A DNA stretch of 64,000 nt, taken from contig OZ024741.1 in assembly GCA_964016885.1 (NCBI GenBank), forward strand, positions 96,844,001 through 96,908,000, written 5' to 3'. The position numbers and the translations under genes were made by a program. The notes beneath the pieces were generated by a model. That model saw nothing but the letters and a program-made list of their open reading frames with translations, made no database searches and was not told the DNA's origin. The DNA comes from Eledone cirrhosa. Taxonomy: Eukaryota. Each line of letters starts with the position of its first letter. Position 1 is the first letter of the stretch. Below are positions 25,981-40,957 of the stretch, in pieces.

Positions 25981-28900
25981 TAACGTTTATAATGATATTT
26001 CCGTGACTATCCTTCATGCTTGGCTGGTTCTATTTCCTTGTTAAACTTCTCCGGCACGTGTCTTCTAAATTGTCAATTTGATGTACCCTTGTAATCTCAA
26101 GAATATATATTGATGCAAACGGGAATATTAGGTTGCGTATTATGCGTTCTCTCCATGGCTATTGCCCATTTGTTTTGATAGCATTCAACATTATTTTTAA
26201 AATAGGAACATTCGTTGTCAGCGGCAATTGATCGTAAACAAACCTATCTTCCAAACTACAGTTTATTTCTAGTCTGCGTGCTTACAGTTCTATCCTAATC
26301 TGATAACTATGATTCAATGCGTTTCGTTGTTTATAATTAAGCAGTACAACGTAAAATCATAGCTGTGCGTCTATTGAATCTGTATGTGATAATATATTGT
26401 TCTGTTTTAGAATTGAACAGCTAATTAGTACATGTTGTAAAGTGAGATCACAATTCTAATTTTGTATAATAGCATACAATAAAGGAATTAAAGTACGATT
26501 AGTCCAATAAATTTGAATTATTTAGTTACGATACTTGTTTATTTATTATACCGTATACGATTCCCTGACTAAAACAGACCACCTATCGCTAATAACGTGT
26601 TAGCAATACCGATGCAGCCAATTATTTCATTTTGGAAGAATGTCTCATTAAAATCTACTGACCAGATATTCTGGTTTGTAAATCGAATAACAATTTAATT
26701 CTCAGTCAATGATGAACATGTTTCTGGTCTGACATTGCATAATAGCTAAAGAACAATTTATAGATTTTATGTTACAGGCGCATCTGATACCAGAAATTGA
26801 TATAAAATAAGATAATTAACAAATTAGCCATGTATCTCAAGAGTTAAGCCTCTGATGCGATGTTCTAAGTTCGGTGTGGAACACCTGGTGCTGCAGCCTG
26901 GAAGTTTGGATGCCTCATGAACCATTAAATCATAGGTTCGGTTCGTACAGATGAAAACCGTCGATTGTTTATACATTTAACATGACATGGGTGAGTGTTG
27001 ATGTAATGAGCTCGAAACCTCATATAGAGCAGCTCTCTACAGATTTACTTTCCGTTTGGTGTCGACTGCCTCTGACTGATGATAGGAGAAAACATTTATT
27101 GTTGTGCGTGTTTCAGAATCAGGTGAAGTAAATAATCATTTCTACTAAAAGTTCATGATCAAATGATATAAAATTTACTTTCCCTAAATTACATCTATTT
27201 TGTCCATAAGAGTTACCTATTTAGATATGCCATTCGATTCCCTATTTCGAGGCTTTAGTTTGCTCCTCGGTAGAATGTGTAACCATATAGCTGGATGTGA
27301 TGTATCTATCAGCGATGCCGTCCTCATGTCAATGATATAAGAGTCCTCTATTTTGCAGGATATTTACTACTGCATAACAGTCACGTATTTTGGGGGCTGT
27401 ATTGCTTTAAAATTTCTGCAGGTTAATTCAGTTACATGATTAAAAGTGTTACCTATCTAAGATAACTTTACCATGCTTTGCTGTTTTCTGATATTCACCT
27501 ATTTACAGACGGTCCAATTCATTCTCCCTTCCAGTACATACAATTTTGCAGAAATTATGATGTAAAATGAAACAATAAATAATAGTTCTATAAACGACAT
27601 TATATAATATTAGATCTTCTACACACAGTTGTATGGTAAAACGCATGTTCCTATGTACATTACATACCTTTAGTATATTATGCTGAGTGAATGTTTTATG
27701 TCTACTGTATGTAAAGGTTTTCCATATTTTCAACATCATTGTTTTAGATATATAATCCATGCTTAATGAACAAATTGCATCTAACACACGCATGTATATT
27801 TGCTAGATTAGTATAAATCGACAACATATATATGATTTAATCTGTTTTGTCATTTTGTTTCATATTTAGTGTTTATCGGCAAGATGCTTATATTTCTTAT
27901 CACAAATTTGTTTATAACAGTTTACTTCACTCATAACTATTGTGCTTGTTATATGCGTTAGAAATCTATTTGTTTTTATTATTCATATGTTCTCCCGGAT
28001 TGCGCGTTTGTTTTCTCTTATTTCCAAATATATTCATTATAATGGTTTTGTATTTTATTTCAATGTCTATTTTTCGATATTGATTAACTCTTATGTTATT
28101 CAGACTTAACTATATATATAGATTGTAGAACAATTTCAATTCATTTATACTGAGACAAATTGACATGGTTATTAGAACGTTGGACAAAATACCATGCATT
28201 ATCTATTCTGGGTACTTATGTTTGCATCTCAAATCCTACTGAAGTCATCATTGAAAGTCTTGCTTCCTGACTGGATAATTAAAATATTCTTCAAATGTGG
28301 TGGAATAGTAAAGTTTTTAGAACATCCGATAGTATGCTTTGCTACATTTGTTCCGGCTTTTCTTGTTCTTAGTCTAAAACCAATCATGCTCAGATGAAAC
28401 CATGACAATACCTTTAAGTACCTTCAGCGGGATCCACCATATTGCAGGTATTTAGTTCAAATTTCCAGTTTGATGATCACAGACTAGAAGTTTTGAATTG
28501 TTCTATTTTCTTCTGATGTTCTATCCTAAAGGTTCAGAGCTTCGTTGTGTTTGGACACTTTCAGAATTTAGTCTGTGTTTATTTCAGTGAAAACTTTAGT
28601 CTTCTAATAGTTTAAAAAGTTTAAAATAACTCTTCGGGGCTTCCTGATTAATGAGTTTATTTTAATTTCCTTTCTATTATCTCATACATTTCATATAGTC
28701 TTTATTAACATTGCTTCCAGTATGAATCCTTTCCATTTTGTTCCTTATTATTTCTTCTTTTTAAATCCATTAAAATCTAATCGAAATGAGTGAAATCAAA
28801 AAACAACAAAGACAATTGAAATGAACTTTACATTCGTAAATGTCTTAAAAGTATTGGAAATAGTACAAGATTTGTAGATCAAACATTTACAAATGCTGTC

Positions 28901-29774
28901 TAGTGTTCCCGATACTAAAGCTAGTAACAGAAACAACGAAACCTTGAACTGAGTGTGAAATATTTTCAAACCACTAAAATGAATTTTGAGGCCTTACAAA
29001 GAATAAAAAAAAATAAAATAAAATATAGGAATAAGAGAAATGAACCCTAAATAACTGGAACACATAATCTCACAGAATACATCGAAACAACAATGATACA
29101 TAAGTATTGATATGAAATCTATCTTAACAGAAATGTGTTATACAATCGAGTGACAAATGAAGAAATAGAATTATTTTCTCTTCGAGACTTGTGGTTACTA
29201 TACATACACACGCGCACTCTCACACACATACGCACATACACACTTATTTACACACACATACACACGTATACATATATATACATATACATATATATACTTA
29301 TATATACATATATATACATATATATATATATATGTATATGCATGTGTGTGGGTATCCATGTATTCGTGTATATAATCTTTCATGAATATATTTGTATTAT
29401 ATTAGGTCTAATAGAATCAGTATTGTTCGATGGAAAAGATTAATATTTTTTATGTTTCATATGATATAAAATATAATTACTTCAGATGATATGATCTATT
29501 TTACGCTTTGCTAACAAACATTTACCTAAAAAGCTACATAACACAATTAATTTTATCGTTAAAGATGGATTAATCTTCAAAATTATAACACAGTAAATTT
29601 AAGCTGACGTAATCCTATTATATGTTTTCCAAAAGAAAATATTGGAATTTGTATGAATTTATATTTTAACAAAATTCATGTCATACCAAGATACGTATGT
29701 GTATTTTGAAAAGAATTTAAGTTGTCAGTAAGAAATATGATTACATACAGTGATAAATGGTCTAAATTTGAGTA

Positions 29775-29883
29775 TTCTTCTTCTTCTTCTTCTTCTTCTT
29801 CTTCTTCTTCTTCTTCTTCTTCTTCTTCTTCTTCTTCTTCTTCTTCTTCGTCTTCTTCTTCTTCTTCTTCTTCTTCTTCTTCT
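29775..29883. repeat. (TTC)n microsatellite
   Basis: Read directly. Confidence 0.97.
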
Positions 29884-30613
29884 CCACAAGTAATTAGTCA
29901 ATAAGCCTTAGTTAGTTATCTTGTAGAAATATAGCTGTGATAGTTGAATATTTCATAAGATGTGGAAGGAAGCAATAATGCGACATTTAAATAAGGAGAC
30001 AAAAATTAAATCTCTTGTAGATAAATCCCTAGAGTTAAGTCGTCCTCCTGCGTATTATGATAGAATGTGTATCGGTCATAACAAACGTTTCTTCATTTCC
30101 AGTTTATATTCATATATTTCACTAATAAATAAGTGCCCGTCATTTATATAAAGCGCTAGGGTGCGATGTTTAGGGGCATTGACTGGCGCCTCTATATATT
30201 AACCTATAATATTTCTATTTGTATATATATCTCCATATTTTCTTTACTATTGACTTGTAACTGGATATCATATCAGGAACGATATAACTTACGGATTTAT
30301 TCATCTTAAACGAACTATAAACTGTTTCCTAATCTATCCATGCATTAACTACATTTAATTCGTTTTCAAACGAAAAAATATGTAGGGAGAATATTGTAAA
30401 TGTTTATTAGTTAGAACTTTACGGAGCTTCCTAACATCTCTTCTATTGACTGATAAAGGGAATACGTGCGTTTTCGGCATTTATTTTAACATCGTTTGTC
30501 ATTTACTAATTATCTAAATTGGTCTCCCTTTTTGAAGATAGCAACAAAGGAATTGCAGCATTAACTGCTCCCATATATATATATATATATATGTATGGGG
30601 GGGGGGTATGCGG

Positions 30614-30705
<92 letters not shown>

Positions 30706-31058
30706 GTGTGTGTGTGTGTGTACACTCTTATGGACATGCTGTTCCTGCTTGGAGTCGTAGAGGCGGAGTCGTAATGACAACATATAGAGTGTGTTTGAGA
30801 GTGGATGGGCTCCACTAGATTTCCTGGGGAAGCACATCTCCTCTCTTCATCTCTACCCATACTTTTCTTTCAAAGCAAGAATGAGAGGGTGATAGAGATG
30901 AAGGGAGAAAGATGTATAGACCAGGAATCCACATCAGTATTGAACTAGTAGTATATCAACTACGAAAGGATGAAAAGCAAAATTGACCATGCTAGGTTTG
31001 AATTCTGAGCACATATTTAATTTATTGTTTATTGCTACCTCATTCCCTTCTCTTTACA

Positions 31059-31059
31059 T

Positions 31060-31155
<96 letters not shown>

Positions 31156-31187
31156 ATAGTAGTAGTAGTAGTAGTAGTAGTAGTAGC
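31059..31187. repeat. Compound (CAG)n(TAG)n microsatellite
   Basis: Read directly. Confidence 0.97.
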
Positions 31188-31454
31188 AACAGTATTAATA
31201 TTTTTATTTCATAGAAATTAATATATTCATTTTTATTTTTTATGAAATAGTGTGTGTAGATTAAAGATAAGAATCCTTCTCCATATCCTACTAACATTCA
31301 GCATATACTTCGTCTTATTTATTTTCTGGTTCTTGGCTCTTCTTCATGAATTTATTTTTTATTTATCATCATTCTATCTTATATGCAGCAATGTGTAGGC
31401 TAGCACACATATCGCGAAAATAGCTATCCTCGTCGGGAGTGGTATTGAGATCAA

Positions 31455-31580
31455 CCGAGGTTAACTTAGCCTTTCATCTTTACTGAGTAGATAAATTAAA
31501 GTACCACTAATGAACTGGGGTTGATTTTATCTACTTTTCCTTTCCTTTTAATACGTGGGCTTGCACCAAAATTGGAAAAT
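31455..31580 (+). mobile_element. Diverged SINE (core and tail)
   Basis: CCGAGGTTAACTTAGCCTTTCATC...GTACCA matches the SINE core. Confidence 0.7.
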
Positions 31581-31860
31581 ATTAGTAGCCCCATTGACAT
31601 TACCGGAGGCTAAAAATATCATCAGTATCACCACAACTAGGTAAATTAAATTTCATTATTGTAATTTATTATTAAATGTTTCATTATCAAACCAGGCGTA
31701 TAAAAAGACAAAATAAATAAATGGAAAATACTATTTATTACAATTATCATCGCAAAATAATATTGTATTATTTGTGTTTAATTAATATTTTTGATACATG
31801 AATTTCTATAAAATGTTTAGTATTGTTTCTGCAAGTGCATTTCGTAATGTGCATATATAT

Positions 31861-31898
<38 letters not shown>

Positions 31899-32247
31899 GC
31901 GGCGATGAATTAGTTTTGCGAGGTTTTTTAGATAGACAGACTGAACAAAAAAAAAAAAATGGCGTAGACATACAACACAACAGGAGGAACAATGAATATA
32001 ACACCACTGACGATGTTGCAGATGTGCAACGAAAGATTTATGTAAACTATATATATATGTGTTTGTCTATATTGTATCTGTATTATTTTTGACCGCCGGT
32101 CAGTCAATGGCAACATTGAGGACCGAGTAAGTTAGATCGCAGATATATATATATAAAAGACAGCGAGAAGCGAAAACCAACCAAACAGTGAGTGTGTTCT
32201 GTTATTAATTCTGGCAATATTACGCAAATATGACCCTCCCCAAATAT

Positions 32248-32303
<56 letters not shown>

Positions 32304-32680
32304 ATGCTTGAGTGTGCGCGTGTGCCTGTATCTATGAGTGCGTGTTTATGTCCGCAACATATCAAGTCATATATATAGGACCCATTTAGTAAAGTTTATG
32401 AATCATTATTCGTAAAAATTATTGAAAAATTAATATCATAAAAAATATTCCCAATAAAGTCGTACATGGAAGTGACACAAAATGGCGAGACATTAATTTG
32501 TTCATAGAAACTCGATAAATAAAATATTCAACACCGAAATATAGTCGACAACTAGAGGACATCCTTAATAAAATGAATTCGAGACGTGGCTCTACGGTAC
32601 ATTTACTCCGTTGCTCTAATACGGTATCAACGTTTAAAGTTATTGAGATTATTCTTGCTCTGTATAGGACAAACTAAATT

Positions 32681-34932
32681 CCTTGTCAACAAAATTAAAC
32701 GTATTATACTCATTATGAATACAAACCAACTTATTTAGATTAATTTTTGATGCTGATTTAAACATTTCACTCCATTTCTATGCAGCACGTATCAGTGTTT
32801 CAGTAGATACATCCAAATATTTACATATTTGTATATATGAAATCATTAACGTAATAAATAAGTACATATTATTTTTAGAAAGTAAATGAGTTTATGGAGT
32901 TAAAAATGATCACTACGATTTAACAAAGAGTGAATACACAAAAAAAAAAAAATTGGTCAGACAAAACAGACAAAGTTAGAGCTACTGAGTTAGAAACGTT
33001 GTGATTTGGATTTCCTGCGGTGTTCCTGATCTGGTTCATCACGGTAAAGTGTGCATTAGTAGTCAGCCAGCATACTCTCATTCCAGAAGCCTTGGTACGT
33101 TTCTCCATAGCACTAATGCCCTGGTGAAATCTTTCTCCATATTCATCAGACACTGCTCCAAGGTTATCCGCGAAGAAATCCAGATGGGAGTCCAAGAATG
33201 CCACAATCCATTTCCAGTTCATCCAGTGTTGTCTTGACGTTGACATCTTTGAGTACTTCTCTAACTTGGGGTTCGACAAAGATACCCTCTTTCAACTTTG
33301 GCTGTGGGATTTTGGGAAAAATATACTCAAACCATCTGGCATTTCTCTTTTCTTGTGTCTTTACGAACTGTTTCATCAGTCCAGGCTTTGTGTACAAAGG
33401 AGGCAATAAGACATTACATGGATCTACAAGAGGGGTATTCTTGACGCTAGACAGTCCTGGCTGGTATGATGTTCCTGTCTGCCAGTTTGATTCCGAATAA
33501 TGTCTGTCAGTTGCCCGACTATCCCATAGGCACAAGATACAACAGTATTTTGTGAAATCTGACTGCATTCCCATTAACATTCCAATGACTTTTAAATCTC
33601 TATATATTTTCCATGAACATCTTTCATAGGCAATGGCATGAAGTAAAAGTTCCATATTCTCATATGATTCATGAAGATGGGCGGATTGTGCAATAATAAT
33701 GGAGGGCTTCAAATTACCATTATGGAGAAGTACAGCTTTTAAACCTCGTTTTGAAGAGTCAATAAACAAACGCCACTCTGCAGGATCATGATTTTGTGAT
33801 AAACATTCGAAAATTACATTGATGTTACTGCGAAGGCAAAGCGGGCCTTCAACAGAAAAACACGTTTGTAGAACCACATTTCTCTGCCGAAAATAAGTTA
33901 TACAAACACCGTGCTCTAGCAGACACTTCTCCTTCAGGCTTGATGCCAGCAGATCTGCTTTATCTTTTGAGAGGGATAGGTCTCTGACAAGATCATTCAG
34001 TTCAGCTTACGAAACTTTCTGAGGTTCAAAGTTTCGTCATCGGCCACGTAGTCTTCCTCAGCAGCACAATCGTGACAGTCAGCATCATCATCTGATGTTT
34101 CAATACTATCATTTGGTGGAACTGGAATTGGCAGACTTCCATTGAGAAGCTCAGGTCTCAGTGCAGAATCCAAATAGTGATACACAATTTTGTATTTATT
34201 CTTCATAGAAAATCCTGTGACATTTACTTTGCAAAAACAACAGTCATTAAAATGGTATTTCGGCTCCCTCTATTTGAATGGCAAAAGGTATGGAATTCTT
34301 ATTATTATTGAACCAGTCACGCAAGCCATTTGAGCAAGCTGAGCAGATAAAATGTGGTGCCCATAACTTGTCCTGATCTCCAAGAGGACAGACAAAGTAT
34401 AGCTTATAAATCTTCTTGTTCTTTGCTGTTATTATACGTTTTAGAGTTTTCACAATAAATTGTCCACAGACATAACAAAACACATCAGGACAATTTCTAC
34501 ACTGTCTTGAGATTTTTAACACTGGAAAACAAGTAAGAACATAGATACAAACGGTTATACTTATATTGAATTTGAGATGATGAAATATTTCATCAGACCA
34601 ATTATGACTGGACAATTTGAGATGTTGAAATACCTATTTCATCAGACAAAACTTGATTGGTTAATTTAAGATGATGAAATATTGCATCTGAACTATGCAG
34701 CAATGAATAATGTAGTTTATTTTAAAGGTATGTTTCCATGATGTAAATGAAATTATGCATACACGTCATTAATTGGAATTTCTATATAATGCATGAGGTA
34801 AAACCAATAAACTTTCTCGACTTGAAAACTGTACGTAAGTTAAAATACTAATTGTATATTTGAAATCAGCCTTAAAAACTACACTAAGTACACCTTCACA
34901 TATGCTTGATAAAACATACTTGTTGACCAATG
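32681..34932 (-). mobile_element. Chapaev3-like (CMC) DNA transposon, near full length, decayed
   Basis: Degenerate TIRs: CCTTGTCAACAA at 32681 and TTGTTGACCAATG at 34920-34932. Subterminal inverted TTTTT(G/A)A(T/G)GCTGATTT motifs. Contains a transposase pseudogene. Confidence 0.75.
33000..34515 (-). pseudogene. Chapaev3-type transposase pseudogene (multiple frameshifts)
   Basis: Motifs CPDVFCYVCG, LGDQDKLWAPH, WRLFIDSSK..LKAVLLHNGN, DLKVIGMLMG.Q..FTKYCC.LCLWDSRA, LLPPL, SHLDFF..NLGAVSDE.GERFHQ.I..MEKRYQG across ORFs 34247-34615, 33997-34206, 33164-33877 and 32920-33279. Confidence 0.8.
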
Positions 34933-35609
34933 TTATTGATAATGTTAAGGTGTAGTGAATAGAAAATATATAAAATAGCTTTTCCCCAGAGAAGGGACTT
35001 TTCACAAAGTAAAACACAGTTAGTAGACATTTTCAAAGCGTCTAATCAATATACATTAGAATATGAATTTCAAAACGTACTTATGACTGTTGTGTCATGG
35101 TTCCAATTCCGCCATTATCATGTAGATCTCAGGTGAGATCCATGCCACCTTTCAATACTTCTTGATTTGCGCTGAATGCATCTATTGTCCATTGTTATCA
35201 GAACATTTTTAAACGTTAAAGTGGGATTATAGGGAGGCATGATTGGAATGACTAGTGAGTCGATAAAACCACACACAGGGTCGGCCTCGTTGGCACGTAA
35301 TATGGTGTGATGTATGATATTTCGAGTTCAATCATTAGAGTGTTAGATGGATTGACAAAAACAGAGAGAGAGAAACAGAAGGATCTATAAGAGAGAGGGA
35401 AGAATCGGAGATAGAGAGATGGAGATGAAGGTAAATATCACTGAACATCGCATACATCATTGAAGATGAAATGCCAATGCTTTCTTGATATCGTCACTCA
35501 AACGGGGCAGTGTAGGTGAGAGAACTCGCAAATTCCCGGTTACCAATGTTGCAGCGTTGTACATATTGTACATACAAAGATTGGAAAGAAAGAGGATGAT
35601 GTGGTTGAG

Positions 35610-36125
35610 AGGAAGAGCAAAGCCTGGACAGCATGCCACAGCTTGAGAACGGTGTGAAAGTCAGACCTTCGTAAAGACCTGAAGATCTCTCTCTTCGTTG
35701 CTGCAGTACGGGTCTGTGCTGATGTACGGGTCTGAGATTTGGAAACTGACCGGGAAACTCACTCAGATTGTGGATGGGTGCTACACGAGAATGCTGAGGT
35801 TGGCTCTGAACGTTAAAGAGTATACACTGAGGATATCGAAGATACAGAGATATACGGGAGCCTCCGAAAAGTCAGCTCGAAAGTAGTACAGAGCAGACTG
35901 AGGTTAGCTGGACATGCTCACCGACATCCAGAGTGGACGTTGCACTGAGTACTCCTGTGGGAGCCTCTGCAAGGACACACTAGAAGATGGAGACCGAGGT
36001 TGACATATCCTGATGCTCTAAGTACAGACACCGGTCTCTTGGAGACGCAGGACATGGCAGCGATGATGAGAGACAGAGACCGATGGAGAGAACTCGTCCA
36101 TGGATCTCGGGAATTTTACCCAATC
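35610..36125 (+). mobile_element. RTE/RTEX-type LINE 3' fragment
   Basis: AWTACHSLRTV*KSDL...SVLMYGSEIWKLT...VDGCYTRMLRLALNV...RLRLAGHA.RH; its 3' end is shared with 48170-48325. Confidence 0.8.
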
Positions 36126-36129
36126 TGTT

Positions 36130-36539
36130 ATTAAAATATATATATATATATGAATGTATATATAGTGTATTTTGCAATACACTGTATGCTTAATTAAAAG
36201 CATTTCGAAGACCTTATGCTATTGTTTTAGAGTAGTGACAGTGTCTTACTTTAATTTTCAGCAAACAGGAGAGATAAAGCTGACAGAGCTCTGTTTCGCA
36301 TTTTTTTATGCTTATCGAAGCTAACTACTCCTCCTGTTTGCTGAAAATCATGAATGTTTGATTCTTATAGAATTCTAGTAATAATCAGGAACTGCTTATA
36401 TAGAGCGGTTGCCGGTCAAGCAGAAATTGAAAATTAGAATTGGTGCTCTGAAATAGCGATATATATATGAATAAAATACACGATATATACATTCATATAT
36501 ATATCGCTATTTCAGAGCACCAATTCTAATTTTCAATTT
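36130..36539 (+). mobile_element. PLE-like non-coding element (17917 family) with a terminal 49-bp hairpin
   Basis: Homologous to 17917-18424; arms 36424-36472 and 36491-36539 are perfect inverted repeats. Confidence 0.65.
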
Positions 36540-36714
36540 TCTCTGTGTCCTCATCGCTTTGGAGACCTTACTTTTGGGATTGCCCTCGTATATATATAAA
36601 TATAAATTTAGCGAGAATCGAATTTCGGCGGGTAGAAAATAATCGAAACGGAAAGAGGTAGATAGAGATATAAAGAGATATTAGACTTGTTGTATAGTAG
36701 TTGTTATTTACAAT

Positions 36715-36900
36715 CGGTGGATTGGCAGTATCGGTAGAGGGTCGGACGCCATGCTTTGCAGCACAGTTACGTCCCTTTACGGACTGAGTTCAAATCATGC
36801 CGAGGTTAACTTTGCCTTTCATCCTTACGGGGTCGATAAAATAAAGTACCCGTAATACACTGGGATAATTGCTGGCCTTGTGCCAAAAAGTAGAAACAGT
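36715..36900 (+). mobile_element. tRNA-derived SINE, full length
   Basis: A box TGGCAGTATCGG, B box GAGTTCAAATC, core and tail. Confidence 0.9.
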
Positions 36901-37399
36901 TATTTACTATAAAATAAGAAGTTATACAATTAATGTTTTTGATTTATATTTTGCTTCATATTTTGACTGTACACGTTGTTTACTTCAGTCTCTCTGATTA
37001 CATTAATCTAACTCTAGTCAGACAGTGGCTATTAGGCATTTTGTTACATCCACTAATTCGATATCGTCGTTGTCCCCCTGGACATCATCATCATCGTCAT
37101 CAACACAAAACCAACATCACCGTTGTTGTCGCCATCATCGTCATTCTTATACTGATCATCATCAACACTAGCATCACTATTGTTTTCGTTAATAGCTTTT
37201 TTTTTTGTTATCCAGAAAACAAATGATAAGCGAAACACAGTTGAACTATCCACATCCGTGTGATTACAATATTTCTCTATATCTTAAGAAAAAATTACCT
37301 AGCTTACATGGCTGACATGATTTTAAACAAACACCATTACTATCGATCATGTAAACATAATCCTGCTTTTTCCGTTTCGTTATGATCTTCGTCGGCTCT

Positions 37400-37401
37400 C
37401 T

Positions 37402-37433
<32 letters not shown>

Positions 37434-37564
37434 TTCTTCTTCTTCTTCTTCTTCTTCTTCTTCTTCTTCTTCTTCTTCTTCTTCTTCTTCTTCTTCTTCT
37501 TCTTCTTCTTCTGCTGCTGCTACTGCCGGTTGTGGTGGCACTACTACTACTACTACTGCTACTG

Positions 37565-37621
<57 letters not shown>

Positions 37622-37689
37622 TCACCACCATCATTTCTACAACTAATACTACTACCCCACCCCCATTAACCTCACCCCTACTACTGTTG

Positions 37690-37750
<61 letters not shown>

Positions 37751-37765
37751 ACCCCCACCACCACC

Positions 37766-37806
<41 letters not shown>

Positions 37807-37826
37807 TACTACTACTACTACTACTA
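37400..37826. repeat. Compound microsatellite (TTC)n/(CTA)n/(CCA)n/(CCACGA)n
   Basis: Read directly. Confidence 0.95.
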
Positions 37827-38654
37827 TAAGTTTTCCTCAATTATTAAATGTTGATGCTGAAATTTAATTGTTTTTATTGAGGTTGGTGTGCTGGTGGTGG
37901 TAGTGATATTTTCAGAAGTGATGGTAGTAGACACATCCTTCCTGTTGCAGTAAATTCTGCTTATGTTATTACTATTATTTCCGTTGTTATTATTGTTATA
38001 TACATACTTTATTTTACTTGCATTATTCATTATTCTCTAATTCATTATTCTCTAATTCTTCATTTGGCTTATAAATATTACTAAAAGAAATATATATCCA
38101 TAGTAATACTGAAGTATTCATGTGGAAGTATAATATTTGACACAAAACAAGATATCTAGTCGCATGGCCAAATCCAACATATGTCAATTCACTGTCATAA
38201 ATGTTGTTTACTTTTTTTATGATCTTACGTTTCAAACAATAGTTTTCTTTTTCCAGTCATAACCAAGTTGATATGAATATGTTGAAATTCCTATGGAGAT
38301 AGTGTTTTAAATGAATATATGTATGTGATGTAAATGGAATTCTAAGGTATATACAGAGTAGAATTTCCATCAAATCCTCAGAATTCGCAAAAAAATATTA
38401 CCACATTCAAGTTTACGAATTCTAAGCAATTGAAGCAATCGATTTCAAATGTGGTCTTAGTGCTTACTTCTCCTGAGCAACTGCCACTAATAAAGTCTAA
38501 CTACTCTGGTAACTTGACTGCAATCCTACTTCATAAATTATGCATCCATAGATTACACTGTGCGCAACACTGTACAACCTATCCAAAACATAAATAGATA
38601 CATGTATACATACATGTATCTATGCATCATACATGCATACATACATGCATACAT

Positions 38655-38687
<33 letters not shown>

Positions 38688-38688
38688 G

Positions 38689-38757
<69 letters not shown>

Positions 38758-39237
38758 TATCATTATCACTACCAGCAACATCAGACAAAGACAGCAGTCA
38801 TCAAAGAGGAATATCACCTTTTAACTCTTTGAGAATCAAATTTATTTAGAAACTAAACGGTCATAGTTGTGTTTTCTCACAATTCTATATGCCTATTGAT
38901 CGATATTTCTATCTACCTTTGTATCGAATTATCTGTCTCTTTCTCTCACCCACGCACTCTCTCTCTCTTTTTCTGTCTCTCTCTCTCTTTCTCTCTGTAT
39001 GTATATATATATATATATATATAAAGCCAAAATATCGAGTTAAAGATCCCCTACACTCAAATAGGCTCAAGGAACACATTCTGAGCATTTTATAAAACAT
39101 AGTAAGGAGAGTAATACATATGAATATATGCGTCCGATAATGTGTGTTTCTCTCCCTGCTATGTTATCACACACATATATATGCTATATATGTGTGTTTC
39201 TCTCCCTACTATATCTATATCTATATCTATATCTATA

Positions 39238-39882
39238 TATACAAATAAAAGGCAGACTTAATAACTCATACCCTGTAATTAACAAGCTCAACGTATAAAT
39301 ACTGAGTATTTCAATTATAAATGTAGTAATAAACATGAATTTTTTCAGAGCTGCTGTGGAATCTGTGCTTGTTTATGGCCCTGTCACTTGGATGCTAACG
39401 TCGAAACTGGAGAAAAAGCTAGATGGGGCATACACACGTATGCTCCGTGCTGCTTTAAACGTGTCTTAGAGGGAACACCCAACAAATAAGGATCTCTATG
39501 GCAATATACCACCTATCAGCAGGTCAATACGTGGACAGAGACTCAGATTTGCTGGCCACTGTTGGCGCAGGTGATGTGTTGTTATGGAGTCCATCTCATG
39601 GAGCAAGAAACGCTGGTCATCCCAAGAAGACATACGTCAAGCAACTTGAGGAATATACTGGATGCACTGCGGAAGAGCTGGCAAACGCTATGAGAGACAG
39701 AGATGGATGGAGGAAACGTGTCGTAGAATGCTGAGCAAGCTCGACCTGATGATGATGATAAATAAACACAGTAAATCGTGTGTCTAAAATTACGAAATTA
39801 TTGAAATGCTCAGTATTTATACTTTGAGCTTGTTAATTACAGGGTATCAGTATGAGTTATTAACTCTGCCTTTTATTTGTAT
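39238..39882. mobile_element. Fold-back element interrupted by a LINE
   Basis: Arms ~39238-39315 and ~39800-39882 are reverse complements. Confidence 0.75.
39336..39760 (+). mobile_element. 5'-truncated RTE/RTEX LINE with (GAT)n tail and AATAAACA target-site duplication
   Basis: FFRAAVESVLVYG..W.LT..LEKKLDGAYTRMLRAALNVS*..LRFAGHCWR..DRDGWRKRV; tail TGATGATGATGAT; AATAAACA on both sides. Confidence 0.85.
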
Positions 39883-40034
39883 TTGGGCTCCCTACTAGGT
39901 GAGCTTATAAGTTGGGTGTATTAGGTTATTGTTTCTAGCCAATCCACTCACGCCACTTTTGACTTTTAGCACACGAGGTGAAATATTAATTCGGGTGACT
40001 TTGGCTTAGGTGTTTGTTTCATTTAATCTATTCT

Positions 40035-40114
40035 CTCCCTGATGATGCCCACAGATTATCTGTTACAAACACAATTCTCATGGCGAAACAGATTAAATCC
40101 TTAATCTGTCCAGA
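40035..40114 (+). ncRNA. Hammerhead ribozyme with long stem III (stem I decayed)
   Basis: CTGATGA(40039-45)-T-GCC...GGC-GAA-ACAGATTAA-atcc-TTAATCTGT-C; GUC triplet at 40108-40110. Confidence 0.65.
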
Positions 40115-40272
40115 TATAATAGTTATTGAGGCGGTCTGTATATATTTTAATTTATTTTATTTTATGTATATTCCGCTTGCTTCTGATTAAATTTCTCAAA
40201 CAAATGTGGTATTTCAACCCTCGTAACTTTAGGTACACGATTTACTGTTTATTGCTACACACACACACACAT

Positions 40273-40421
<149 letters not shown>

Positions 40422-40765
40422 TGTGTGAGTGTGTGTCTAAAATATAATTATTGATTATTCAATGGTCTGACATCACCGGAAAGATGAAGTAAAATCGAAA
40501 TCAGATGAACACAGGAAGAGAGCCACTTATTTTCTATTCTATAAATTGTTAATTATATTTGGAGAATCAAGATTTAGATGTCGTGTAATAGATAAGTTTC
40601 TATCTTAATTTACTAGAAAGAGAATATTTGATTAACATAATTCAATAATTTCTTCCATTTCCTAACTACAACTACAAGCAGACGCTCTCACACACAAATA
40701 CATACGCACGCAAACACACGCATACACACATATATAGGTATATATATGTATATATATATATATAT

Positions 40766-40900
<135 letters not shown>

Positions 40901-40923
40901 TATATATATATATATATATATAT

Positions 40924-40954
<31 letters not shown>

Positions 40955-40957
<3 letters not shown>

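Noticed and set aside
34570-34690. CTGATGA on the minus strand of the transposon tandem repeats as HHRs
   Set aside because: No stem II/GAAA/stem III arrangement follows.
36715-36800. tRNA gene
   Set aside because: The A/B boxes belong to a SINE head; the spacing is extended and there is no cloverleaf.
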